DNA of 64,000 nucleotides from Anaerolineae bacterium (GTDB taxonomy: Bacteria > Chloroflexota > Anaerolineae > B4-G1 > SLSP01): contig JAXDDP010000157.1 in assembly GCA_034676785.1 (NCBI GenBank), positions 25,920-89,919 on the forward strand, given 5' to 3'. The notes beneath the pieces are model-generated. The model was given only the letters and a program-made list of their open reading frames with translations. It was not told the origin of the DNA and did not search any database. The translations under genes and the position numbers were made by a program. Below, in pieces: positions 55,519 to 64,000 of the stretch. Positions within the stretch are counted from its first letter, which is position 1. Every line of letters starts with the position of its first letter.

Positions 55519-56975
55519 CGCCCCTTTAGATGCCAGGTCGTCTCTGTGGGGCCGTCGTCAATCATGATCCCCAACTCATTAAGCTTGCGATAGATCGCGT
55601 CCGCGCGCTCCCGATCGCGCGCGTCACGGCAATCCTCACGCAGGGCCAAAAGGTAGTCGACCAGATCCTCGGTGAGATCACCGCGCAGGCCACGCGCGGG
55701 TACATCCGGCAACACCGCCAGCGCATCGCCCGCCAGGTCGCGCAGCATCTTATCCATCGCCGACAGCGTTCCAACGCTGATGTCCTTCTCAGCAGCAAGA
55801 ACGCGGTTGATTTCCTTGACCAGCGCGAAAACTACGCCCATCGCGCGTGGTGCATCGAAGTCATCGTCCATCGCGTCGCGGAAGTCTGCCCGGTACCCAT
55901 CCAGCGAAGAGACGTTTGATAATGCGGCGGTGGATGTGCCAGCCAACGGAAGGATGCTCTGCATCCGACGCCGAAGTTGGCGCTCTGTCTTGTACAGGAG
56001 GTTCGCGCCGCGCTGTGCAGCGCGTAGGGCATCCCGATCAAACTCGAGAGCATTCCGGTAGTGACTGCTATAGACAAAGCAGCGGAGAGCTTCTGGCGAG
56101 TAAAGGCTGAGCGCATCCCTGATTGTGAGGTAGTTGCCCTGTGTCTTGCTCATCTTCGTGCCATCAACACGCAGGGACCCCACCAAAAGCCAATAGGTCG
56201 CCGGGGCGACGCCGTTGTGTGCTTCAGACTGGGCAACCATAGCATCGTTGTATGGATGGGCACCCTCGATGCCACCACCGTGGATGTCGTACGTTGCACC
56301 CAGGTACTTATACGCCATCACCGAACAGGCGCTGTGCCATTCTGGATAGCCATCACCCCATTGGCTTGGCCAGCTCAACGTACGTCCAGGCTCAGCTTTC
56401 CGCCAGAGAGGGAAATCTGCTGGGTTGCGCCGCTGTGCTGAAGACCCCACAACACCACCCGGAACCGTACGTGCAACCCGATGTCTGCTGAGCTTCCCGA
56501 AGCTGGGAAAAGCATCCACAGAGAAGAAGACGTTGCCGTCCACCTCGTAAGCATAGCCACGCTCGACAAGGTCCCTTATCCAGATAATGGCGTCAAGGAG
56601 ATGGCCTGTAGCACGAGGAGCGAGGGTCGGTCGAAGTACCCGGAGAACGTCCATGTCGTCTTCAAAACTGTGCGCGTAGGACTCAGCAAGCTCTGCCGGG
56701 CTCACTCCTTCGCGCTTGGCAGTGCGGACGATCCGATCTTCGCCTGTGGAGAGAGTCTTTCCAACGTCGATAACCTGTCTGACGTAGGAAACGCGATAGC
56801 CGCGGAAACGCAGGTACCGCACGATCGCGTCCATCACAATATAGGTTCTCGCGTGTCCCAGGTGCGCATGATCATGGACCGTGGGCCCACAGACACAGAG
56901 GCTCACCCGATCGCCGTCGCTTGGCCGGAAGCGTTCGACCTCGTGCGATAGGTAGTTATAGACCCTGAGTGCCAT
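55515..56975 (-). CDS. cysS: Cysteine--tRNA ligase
   Basis: HIGH-type motif HLGHARTY, KMSKS motif KMSKTQGN and class Ia CysRS blocks (CGPTVHD, FPLW). Confidence 0.94.
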   Translation of the reverse strand: MALRVYNYLSHEVERFRPSDGDRVSLCVCGPTVHDHAHLGHARTYIVMDAIVRYLRFRGYRVSYVRQVIDVGKTLSTGEDRIVRTAKREGVSPAELAESYAHSFEDDMDVLRVLRPTLAPRATGHLLDAIIWIRDLVERGYAYEVDGNVFFSVDAFPSFGKLSRHRVARTVPGGVVGSSAQRRNPADFPLWRKAEPGRTLSWPSQWGDGYPEWHSACSVMAYKYLGATYDIHGGGIEGAHPYNDAMVAQSEAHNGVAPATYWLLVGSLRVDGTKMSKTQGNYLTIRDALSLYSPEALRCFVYSSHYRNALEFDRDALRAAQRGANLLYKTERQLRRRMQSILPLAGTSTAALSNVSSLDGYRADFRDAMDDDFDAPRAMGVVFALVKEINRVLAAEKDISVGTLSAMDKMLRDLAGDALAVLPDVPARGLRGDLTEDLVDYLLALREDCRDARDRERADAIYRKLNELGIMIDDGPTETTWHLKGR

Positions 56976-57019
56976 CGAAAGCGGCTTTCAGATTCCCCGG
57001 CGGAAGGCCCGGATCGCCT

Positions 57020-58105
57020 CTAGTTACCTGAAATGATTGGACGGGCGAAGATCATCCGTCCAGCGGCTGTCTGGAGAACCTTGCTCACGACGACTTCGAT
57101 CGTTGAGCCGATGAACCCGGCACCCTCTTCCACCACGACCATAGTCCCATCGTCGAGATAACCCACCCCTTGGTTGTACTCCTTGCCCTCCTGAAGAACG
57201 TGAATCGTAAAGCTCTCGCCAGGCAATAGAACCGTCTTGACGGCATTCGCTAACTCATTCACGTTCAATACCGGGATCGACTGGAGCTCAGCCACACGGT
57301 TGAGGTTGTAGTCGTTGGTGAGGATCGATGCACCCATGTCTCTGGCCAGCACGATGAGCTTGTCATCAACCTCACGTGCTGTAGGGACATCGTCATCGAG
57401 AAGCCTCACCGGCACAGGCGATTCCTCCTGGAGCTGCCGAAGAATCTCAAGACCACGCCGCCCTCGGTTTCGCCGAAGCGTGTCAGCCGAGTCAGCCACA
57501 TGTTGCAACTCGTTCAGCACAAACAGCGGCACGACGAGTTCGCCTTGGATGAAGCCAGTACGGCAGATATCGGCAATGCGCCCGTCAATGATCACGCTCG
57601 TATCGAGCAAAATCGCCGTATGGGTTGCCGCAGGGACAGCAACCGGCGATGAGGATAGCTGCTCCTTCACCCCAAAGCGCTCGCGGAAACTCTGCATCAG
57701 GTCAGGCCGTGCCAGCGCAACTGTGAGTCCCACATACCCAAATGCGGCAGCCACAATGATCGGTAAGAACTGCCCCAGAGGCTGCGGCAGTAGGGAGACC
57801 GGGTAGGCCGCAATGGACCCCAGTGCCAGTCCGATAAAAAGCCCGAGCGTTGCTGCGAAGATGACCGCCGCAGACACCTGCTGTACAGCCTTCCGCAGAC
57901 GGGTAAAGGGTCCCAACACAAGGCGCGGCATCAGGAACCACCCCAGGATGCCACCCAGGAGACCAGCAGCGATCATCACAGTCAGATGGACCGAGTCGGA
58001 GACCGCCGGGAACTGCCCCAACAGCGAACCGAGTGCGATACCCGACGAACCAAGAACCAGAAGCCCCACAATCCGGAAAACGAGTCTGGCCTGCTTCAGA
58101 TGCAT
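57020..58105 (-). CDS. PIN and TRAM domain-containing membrane protein (YacL-like)
   Basis: Four N-terminal TM helices. A PIN domain (ILLDTSVIIDGRI, VLNELQHVADS, ILTNDYNLNRVA). A C-terminal TRAM-like beta-barrel. I prefer the ATG at 58105 over 58144. Confidence 0.85.
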   Translation of the reverse strand: MHLKQARLVFRIVGLLVLGSSGIALGSLLGQFPAVSDSVHLTVMIAAGLLGGILGWFLMPRLVLGPFTRLRKAVQQVSAAVIFAATLGLFIGLALGSIAAYPVSLLPQPLGQFLPIIVAAAFGYVGLTVALARPDLMQSFRERFGVKEQLSSSPVAVPAATHTAILLDTSVIIDGRIADICRTGFIQGELVVPLFVLNELQHVADSADTLRRNRGRRGLEILRQLQEESPVPVRLLDDDVPTAREVDDKLIVLARDMGASILTNDYNLNRVAELQSIPVLNVNELANAVKTVLLPGESFTIHVLQEGKEYNQGVGYLDDGTMVVVEEGAGFIGSTIEVVVSKVLQTAAGRMIFARPIISGN

Positions 58106-58326
58106 AAGGATAACTCCGTGGGATAAAAGTGGACGGCTGATCAATCGCGTTGTTTTAAAAGTACGGTGTTGTGCTTCAATGCCGTGAAACGACGGGCTCG
58201 ACAGGGCACAACCTTACCAGTGGAACAACTACCAGTGTACCCTACGCCATAGAAGACGGTGCGACGATAAGTGCACAACGCGCTTGGTAGAAAATAGTAG
58301 CACGGTCAGCGATAATGTCAAAAAGA

Positions 58327-58355
58327 TTGACTTTCACGCCATTCTTGACTATAGT
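58327..58355 (+). promoter_or_regulatory. Candidate promoter (TTGACT-17 nt-TATAGT) of the LysW-like gene
   Basis: TTGACT at 58327..58332 and TATAGT at 58350..58355, in an AT-rich intergenic region. Confidence 0.45.
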
Positions 58356-58391
58356 TAGACTCAGTTAACCCCTTGTCTAAGGAGAGGAATT

Positions 58392-58682
58392 ATGGCTCGT
58401 TGCCCGGAGTGCGGCGAGAAGTTGATCTTACCCGCTACCCTTGACCGTTGGGATCGCATCTCGTGCAGTTCATGCAAAGCCGAACTTGAGGTCCTTAACC
58501 TCAAACCACTCGAACTCGAAGCCGTCTATGATACAGAGGAAGAAGGACTGCTGGACGAGTTGGATGAGGATCTCGACGATGCCGAGGATCTTGAGGAATT
58601 GGATGACCTAGAGTGGGATGACGATGAGGGTGGCGACGACGAGGAAGAAGAGGAAGAAGAGGAAGAAGAGCAGGACTGGTAG
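58392..58682 (+). CDS. LysW-like zinc-ribbon protein with a hyper-acidic about 50-aa C-terminal tail
   Basis: CPECGEKLILP...ISCSSCKAELEVLNLKPLELEA resembles the amino-group carrier protein LysW (CPxCG...CxxCG.ELEV..L.PL.LE). The tail is almost entirely D/E and ends EEEQDW. AAGGAGAGG lies upstream. Confidence 0.65.
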   Translation: MARCPECGEKLILPATLDRWDRISCSSCKAELEVLNLKPLELEAVYDTEEEGLLDELDEDLDDAEDLEELDDLEWDDDEGGDDEEEEEEEEEEQDW

Positions 58683-58729
58683 AGACCAGGACTGGTAGAA
58701 GTCAGGATCGGTAGTCGCCAGGCTTTCGG

Positions 58730-58769
58730 CTGAAACAAGACAGGCCATCGGGAACCCGATGGCCTGTCT
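58730..58769. terminator. Strong hairpin between convergent genes; terminator of the LysM gene, possibly bidirectional
   Basis: AGACAGGCCATCGG (58738..58751) pairs with CCGATGGCCTGTCT (58756..58769). On the minus strand it is followed by TGTTTCA. Confidence 0.6.
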
Positions 58770-58806
58770 CTCTGATAGTGTGAAGGGACTGTTGTCGGCC
58801 TACTCG

Positions 58807-60435
58807 CTATGCGGAGCGCCGCGACAGGACAAACAGAACCGCTACGGCAATCGCCAGGGCCAACACGATGAATCCAGCCACCCGCAGGATGATGTTCAGT
58901 GCATTGGTAACACCGCCCTCATCATCTTCGGGTTCCTCGATGGGAGCGACCTCTTCATCCGGACCAGGTGCAGGCTCCTCGGGTGCCGCACCGGCCTCAC
59001 GGGTATAGGCGAGCTCGATGCTCTCTACCTCGCCGGCATCCAACGTGAAGTTCCACTGGCCACCGTCCGTAAGGACGTATCCGGGCGGCGCCGTATGACG
59101 GATGATGAAGTTACCGGGCTCCAGATCGTTGAAACACCAGGGCTCACTAATGCCATCCGTTGTTCGGCTGTCAACCGGTCCGCTCCGGGCGAGTAAGCTG
59201 ACCTGAGCGTTGGGCAACAGCATTTCGCTTCCATCGTCCTGACGGAACATGTCACCGTTGGCGTCAAAGAAGGCCGAGACGCAGACGGCGCCCTTGCCCT
59301 GTGCAGGTGCTGCGGGAAGATCGCCTATCGTTGTACCCGGGTTCGCCTGTGCCGGAGTTGGTTCAACCGCCAGGGGAGTCTCAGCCACCTCCGGTGTGGC
59401 GGCAGGAGTCGGCGTTGCCGCCGCAGCCCCGGTCGAGGAAATCACGATCTCCTGTCCAATGCTCAAGAGGCTTGATGAATCCAGACCGTTGAGGTCATAG
59501 ATTTGCTGGACGTCCACGCCATACGTAAGCGCGAGGCCAAACAACGTGTCACCTGCAACTACGGTGTGGACGATGGCGCCATCACCACGCGCGGTCGGGG
59601 TCACAGCCAGCGTCGGAGGAACTTCAGGTGCTTCCTCTGTGGGCGGGGGAGGAGGTGGTGTGGGCGTAGCCGTTTCAGTCGCGCCGATGATACTCAATGC
59701 GGGATTGTCGAAATAGGCATCATTGTGCTTATTGGGCCACTTTCCGTACGCCTGCATGAAAAGCGTAGCCGCGCCCGCCTCACCAACCGTTGCCTGAACT
59801 GGGCCAACGTACCCATACTTGTCAGGGTGGAAAGCAGCCCCACTCCAGACAATGCTTCCCGAGAATGGATCTGTGCCACCGTTTGGATCGATACCGACAC
59901 GGAAGTAGAACGCATCAGGGTCACCACACGAAAGGGGCGGGGAATCCTCACCACATGACCATGAGTGAGCATAGAAGGACCCTTGTACGACCGAGCCCGC
60001 AGGGATGTTGCGAACCACCTGATAGTAGCCCGCGTTCTGCTTCCCGAAGAACGTGAAGCACATCCCACTGTAGTATCCCTGATGAATGCGGCTCGGGGTG
60101 CTGTTGAACGGGGCCTCATTGGGAATGACCTTGCACTCCGGTCGTTTGAAGTCCCCTTCCTGCCACCAGGTCACCCATCCATCCGGGGTAAAGATCTCGC
60201 CATAGGCAACGCCGTTGAACGTGGAGCGAGTCCAGTTGTCGTAGTTGGGCAAGGCGTTATCGACAGGCTTACCAATACCCTCGAATCCGGGGTTAACGAC
60301 CAGGTTGATGCCACCAGCCTGCCCCATCGGCACCCGGGCCTCCTCTGCTTCCACGGCAGACATAGGCAACAACGCAAACAGGGTGACCACCAGGACCACC
60401 AGGGTTGTCACCACCCTTAGTCTATTTCCAGACAT
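58807..60435 (-). CDS. Secreted, C-terminally membrane-anchored LysM domain protein
   Basis: Signal peptide (LVVLVVTLFALLPMSAVEA). An N-terminal about 250-aa beta-rich, carbohydrate-binding-like domain. A Pro/Thr linker. A LysM domain (HTVVAGDTLFGLALTYGVDVQQIYDLNGL). An SdrD-B/Cna-B-like domain. A C-terminal TM helix (VAGFIVLALAIAVAVLFVL). Confidence 0.82.
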   Translation of the reverse strand: MSGNRLRVVTTLVVLVVTLFALLPMSAVEAEEARVPMGQAGGINLVVNPGFEGIGKPVDNALPNYDNWTRSTFNGVAYGEIFTPDGWVTWWQEGDFKRPECKVIPNEAPFNSTPSRIHQGYYSGMCFTFFGKQNAGYYQVVRNIPAGSVVQGSFYAHSWSCGEDSPPLSCGDPDAFYFRVGIDPNGGTDPFSGSIVWSGAAFHPDKYGYVGPVQATVGEAGAATLFMQAYGKWPNKHNDAYFDNPALSIIGATETATPTPPPPPPTEEAPEVPPTLAVTPTARGDGAIVHTVVAGDTLFGLALTYGVDVQQIYDLNGLDSSSLLSIGQEIVISSTGAAAATPTPAATPEVAETPLAVEPTPAQANPGTTIGDLPAAPAQGKGAVCVSAFFDANGDMFRQDDGSEMLLPNAQVSLLARSGPVDSRTTDGISEPWCFNDLEPGNFIIRHTAPPGYVLTDGGQWNFTLDAGEVESIELAYTREAGAAPEEPAPGPDEEVAPIEEPEDDEGGVTNALNIILRVAGFIVLALAIAVAVLFVLSRRSA

Positions 60436-60591
60436 AACTATGTGCCTCCTTGAATCGATCTCCGCCTAGTACGCGTCTGCGACTCCCCTCGAGCATTACC
60501 AAGCAATGCGACAGGCCACCAATGAACTGAGGGATGAGCGGCATTGATGGTAATTCGATGGGAGAGGAACCTGGATCGAAACACCCGGCAG

Positions 60592-60619
60592 ATTATAGCA
60601 TACGGAAGAGTGATGTCAA
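60592..60619 (-). promoter_or_regulatory. Candidate promoter of the LysM gene (TTGACA-16 nt-TGcTATAAT)
   Basis: On the minus strand, TTGACA is at 60619..60614 and TATAAT at 60597..60592, preceded by TGc. This predicts an about 150-nt 5' UTR. Confidence 0.45.
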
Positions 60620-60709
60620 CGCGTGCGAACAGCCACGTATCGTGTCCGCGAGATAGGCCGCGCCATCGTGCAGGCCGGAAGGCCTGGTCCCGCAAGCCAG
60701 CAAGATACG

Positions 60710-61753
60710 TCAGAGCCACCGCAATGCATCCGGGCTCAGCGTCCCGTTGATGCTGTCGCCTTCCTTGAGCATCGACGCGTGCGTCGGCAAAGACACGCTC
60801 AGCGTTCCCTCGCCGATCTGTAGACGCAACGTCGTGGTTCTTCCCTGGAACACTTGCTGGGTAACCCGCGCAGAGAACCCGCTAGAGGGCAGGGCATCGT
60901 CGGAGATCTGGATTCCCCAGGGTAGGACCAGCAGCGTCCCCTCGGCCCCTGCATCCGGAAGGGGCACATCGCGCGACACCGTTAGCGTACCTATAGCAGT
61001 CATCACGCGATGGTCTTCGGTGACCCGGGCAGGCAGAAGATTGGTGTACCCAAGAAAACGCGCTACCCAGGCTGTGGTGGGGTTTGTGTAGATGGCCTGA
61101 GGCGTCCCCACCTGTACAAAGCGCGTCTCGTGAAGCAGGGCAATCCGGTCAGCCAGGGCGAAGGCCTCGGCTTGATCGTGGGTCACCACAATCGCTGTGA
61201 CGCCCACTCGGCGCAGAATCGCGGCTAACTCGTCCAGGAGCCACTCGCGCAGGCTACGGTCGAGCGATCCAAGCGGTTCATCAAGCAGAAGTAATCGTGG
61301 TTCAGGAGCCAGGCTTCGCGCTAACGCGACTCGCTGACGCTCGCCACCCGACAACTCGACAACACTGCGAGACCCAAAACCCTCCAGGCCTACGAGCGCC
61401 AGCATCGCCTCTGTTCTGGACCTGATCTCAGACCGGGACTGATGCCGCATCCGCAGCCCGAAAGCGATGTTCTGCTCGACGGTGCGGTGGGGAAAAAGCG
61501 CGTAATCCTGGAACATCAGCACCACACCACGACGATGCACCGGAATGTGGCTAAGATCCTGCCCCTCCAGGACGATACGCCCAGCTTCTGGTCTCTCCAG
61601 ACCGGCAACGATTCTCAGAAGTGTCGTCTTGCCACTCCCAGATGGCCCCAGAAAACTGACTATCTCGCCACGTTCGATCTCCAGAGAGATATCCTGCAGC
61701 AACGGCTTGTCTTCATACGTCTTGTACACAGACTCGATCGCCAGGAACGTCAT
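60710..61753 (-). CDS. ABC transporter ATP-binding protein (PotA/FbpC/ThiQ-type importer ATPase)
   Basis: Walker A GPSGSGKTT, signature LSGGERQRVALAR, Walker B LLLLDEP and a C-terminal TOBE/MalK-like regulatory domain. Confidence 0.92.
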   Translation of the reverse strand: MTFLAIESVYKTYEDKPLLQDISLEIERGEIVSFLGPSGSGKTTLLRIVAGLERPEAGRIVLEGQDLSHIPVHRRGVVLMFQDYALFPHRTVEQNIAFGLRMRHQSRSEIRSRTEAMLALVGLEGFGSRSVVELSGGERQRVALARSLAPEPRLLLLDEPLGSLDRSLREWLLDELAAILRRVGVTAIVVTHDQAEAFALADRIALLHETRFVQVGTPQAIYTNPTTAWVARFLGYTNLLPARVTEDHRVMTAIGTLTVSRDVPLPDAGAEGTLLVLPWGIQISDDALPSSGFSARVTQQVFQGRTTTLRLQIGEGTLSVSLPTHASMLKEGDSINGTLSPDALRWL

Positions 61754-61786
61754 ACCAACCTCTGTGCCAACATTACGTCCACGGGC

Positions 61787-63481
61787 CTAGAACTCCTGTG
61801 ATCCCGGAGGGCGGACTTCCTCAATGGCGACAAAACCAATGACGCAGACCGCCATCAGTATTGTGGACATAGCCAGGGCTTGTCCATAGTTAACCTCGCC
61901 AGGGCGCGAAAGAAACCGGAATATGGCGATTGGAATGGTGGGAAGATCAGCACGTGCAATCATCGACGTGGCGCCGAATTCTCCCATAGAGATGGTAAAG
62001 GCGAAGATGGCACCAACCGTCAACGCACGCCACACAATGGGAAGATCTACCTCGCGGAAAACGGCCCATGGGCTGGCGCCAAGCGTCGCTGCGGCCTCAC
62101 GCAGGTTGGGCCGGATCGACTTGAGGGCCGGAAGCAAACTCCGGACGACGAAAGGAAGAGCCACAAGGGTATGGGCGAAGACGATGAGCGCAATACTTCC
62201 CCGCAAGTTCAGCGGTGGACGGCCCATGGCCAGCAGATAGCCAAGCCCCAACGTGACCGCAGACGTCCCAAGAGGTAGCAGAAAGAGCGCATCTACCAGC
62301 CAACTGCCCTCCCGCCGGTAGAGAGCAAGAGCAACGAGTAGCCCCACGACCAGAGCAAGTGCCGTGGTCATCAGTGCAATCCGGACAGAGTTGCCTACGG
62401 CAGCGAGTGGGGGCACATAGAACACACTCTGACGGGGATTCTCGAAGAGCATCGCAAAGTACCGGAAGCCTGGCGCGACCGACCGCGCAACCAAAGTCGC
62501 CAATGGGTAAGCCAACAGCACCAGCATGAGCAGCAGGTTCCCGGTGACGAGAAGCATCTCGCCACGTCCGCGCGGTTGGCGCTGGGTGACCTGGCGAGGC
62601 TTAAGATCCAGCGGTCGCGTCAGTCGTCCCTGCAGACGCGCATAGACCAGCGCGAAGGCCAGCGTGAAAGCAATCTGAACCAAAGCCAGGGCTGCCGCAA
62701 CCGGCAGGTTGGCGAACTGGATGGTCTGGCGGTAGATCTCCACCTCCAGCGTAACAAAGGTCGGCCCTCCGAGAATCAGAATCACGCCGAAGCTCGTGAA
62801 GCAGAAGATGAAGACGAGAAGGCTGGCGGCTATAACAGCCGGAGCAATCAGAGGAAGCGTCACCGTCTTGAACACGCGCCACGGCGATGCCCCCAGAGTT
62901 CGGGCAGCCTCTTCGAGCTGCGGATCAATCGTCTCCCAAAAACCCCCGACCATGCGGAGCACGACCGTGTAGTTGTAAAAAACGTGCGCCACCAAGACGG
63001 CACCCAGCGTGTGCCTGAGGTTGAGCCCCTCTCCCAGCCAGCGTACGAGTAGAGACCCTGGCCCCAGCACCGCCCCAAATGCTGTCGCTACCACAACTGT
63101 CGGGAGGACAAAAGGCACCGTCGTCAGCGCGTGAACCAGGCGTTTGCCAGGATACGTGTAATGGGCAGACACATAGGCTCCGGGAAACGCCACTATCAGC
63201 GTAATGACAGTAGAGAGCGCAGCTTGGCCTAGCGTGAATCCGATCACTCTCAAGTTGCCCGGGGCAACCAGGCGAAGGTACAAGGCCGACGGGTCCAGGC
63301 TATGCTGCTGCAAAGCGCTTATCCGCAGGATCGACGCCAGAGGGTAGAAGTAGAAGAGAAGCAGATACGCGGTCGGGACAACCATAAGAGCTATGAACGG
63401 TCCCCATCCGCTGGACCGCCATCTTGAGACCGCCCGTCCAACGCGGGCGGCCACCGTTGTCCCGACCTTGGTACTACTCAT
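61787..63481 (-). CDS. ABC transporter permease, duplicated (two-module) ThiP/FbpB type
   Basis: Two tandem 6-TM modules each carry an EAA-like loop (EEAARTLGASPWRVF and REAAATLGASPWAVF). Start is at 63481 (MSSTKV) or 63517. Confidence 0.9.
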   Translation of the reverse strand: MSSTKVGTTVAARVGRAVSRWRSSGWGPFIALMVVPTAYLLLFYFYPLASILRISALQQHSLDPSALYLRLVAPGNLRVIGFTLGQAALSTVITLIVAFPGAYVSAHYTYPGKRLVHALTTVPFVLPTVVVATAFGAVLGPGSLLVRWLGEGLNLRHTLGAVLVAHVFYNYTVVLRMVGGFWETIDPQLEEAARTLGASPWRVFKTVTLPLIAPAVIAASLLVFIFCFTSFGVILILGGPTFVTLEVEIYRQTIQFANLPVAAALALVQIAFTLAFALVYARLQGRLTRPLDLKPRQVTQRQPRGRGEMLLVTGNLLLMLVLLAYPLATLVARSVAPGFRYFAMLFENPRQSVFYVPPLAAVGNSVRIALMTTALALVVGLLVALALYRREGSWLVDALFLLPLGTSAVTLGLGYLLAMGRPPLNLRGSIALIVFAHTLVALPFVVRSLLPALKSIRPNLREAAATLGASPWAVFREVDLPIVWRALTVGAIFAFTISMGEFGATSMIARADLPTIPIAIFRFLSRPGEVNYGQALAMSTILMAVCVIGFVAIEEVRPPGSQEF

Positions 63482-63492
63482 GCCCGTTGTCC

Positions 63493-64000
63493 CTATCTCA
63501 GAACCGCATCGATCCAAGCATCGACCCAGCGTTGGCGGTTCTGCTCAATCAGGTCAATCGCCATTGTCACCGGTTCCTCGACGACCGAAGCATGGTCCGC
63601 GAAGGCCTGGGGCAACGTCGCACCTTCGACAACAGGGAAGACCCACATATGCAGCGGGATGTCTTCCTGGAAGGCGTCGCTCAACACAAACTCGACAAAA
63701 GCCTCCGCGAGGTCGCGGTTCTGACCGTTTTCGAGGATTCCTACGAACTCGATCTGGCGGAAGCAGGTACCCGGCGCAGTGATTGAGCCGGTCGGCGACT
63801 CAGTCAGGGGCTCCTCACTGTAGAACACCTCTGCCGCAGGGCTGGTGGCATAGCTGACGACCATCGGGCGAGTACCGGCACTTCCTGCCCCACCACTAAA
63901 CTCACCGTAGTAAGCAGTGTCCCAGCTGTCGACCACGAGAACATCATTAGCACGCAGTCCCCGCCAGTAATCGAGATAGCCTTCCTCCCCAAATCTGGAA
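63493..64000 (-). CDS. ABC transporter periplasmic substrate-binding protein (thiamine / Fe3+ family); partial, N-terminus beyond the window end
   Basis: The reading frame is open to the window edge. The C-terminal sequence ...VSYATSPAAEV...FRQIEFVGILENGQNRDLAEAFVEFVLS..FQEDIP resembles TbpA/ThiB-like binding proteins. It lies directly upstream of its permease and ATPase genes. Confidence 0.75.
   Translation of the reverse strand, partial: SRFGEEGYLDYWRGLRANDVLVVDSWDTAYYGEFSGGAGSAGTRPMVVSYATSPAAEVFYSEEPLTESPTGSITAPGTCFRQIEFVGILENGQNRDLAEAFVEFVLSDAFQEDIPLHMWVFPVVEGATLPQAFADHASVVEEPVTMAIDLIEQNRQRWVDAWIDAVLR

Noticed and set aside
58540-58678. A GAR (GAA/GAG/GAT) microsatellite-like tract.
   Set aside because: It is the in-frame coding sequence of the poly-Asp/Glu tail of the LysW-like protein, not a non-coding repeat.
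60436-60591. A c-di-AMP (ydaO-type) riboswitch call for the LysM leader.
   Set aside because: I could not match the conserved ydaO core by eye. Only the long UTR is reported.

Overview
This is a GC-rich bacterial chromosomal segment of about 52 protein genes, possibly from a Chloroflexota-like organism, though that is a weak guess from Thr/Pro-linker proteins and gene content. No rRNA, tRNA, CRISPR array or mobile element could be supported. Most genes are housekeeping: ftsY, prfB with its +1 frameshift, tilS, tsaD, pepP, der, rpmG, glgX, the nusA-ylxR-infB-rbfA-nrnA-truB block, ribF, rsmI, rlmB, cysS and an ABC importer. Positions 21.8-33.4 kb hold an 11-gene aromatic amino-acid supraoperon on the minus strand. 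It covers all seven shikimate steps plus chorismate mutase, pheA, tyrA, an aminotransferase and tyrS, and is preceded by a terminator hairpin and a candidate Tyr/Phe-rich leader peptide. Two regions look accessory. The first is a 1086-aa CHAT-STAND-TPR protein at 11.2-14.5 kb. The second, and the best candidate for an undescribed system, is a four-gene minus-strand operon at 33.77-39.47 kb. It encodes two paralogous, signal-peptide-less clan-CD (gingipain/caspase-fold) protease-like proteins with intact His/Cys dyads and two small proteins of unknown family. One small protein is homologous to the C-terminal domain of the second protease. All calls rest on reading the translations and motifs by eye; no database search was run.
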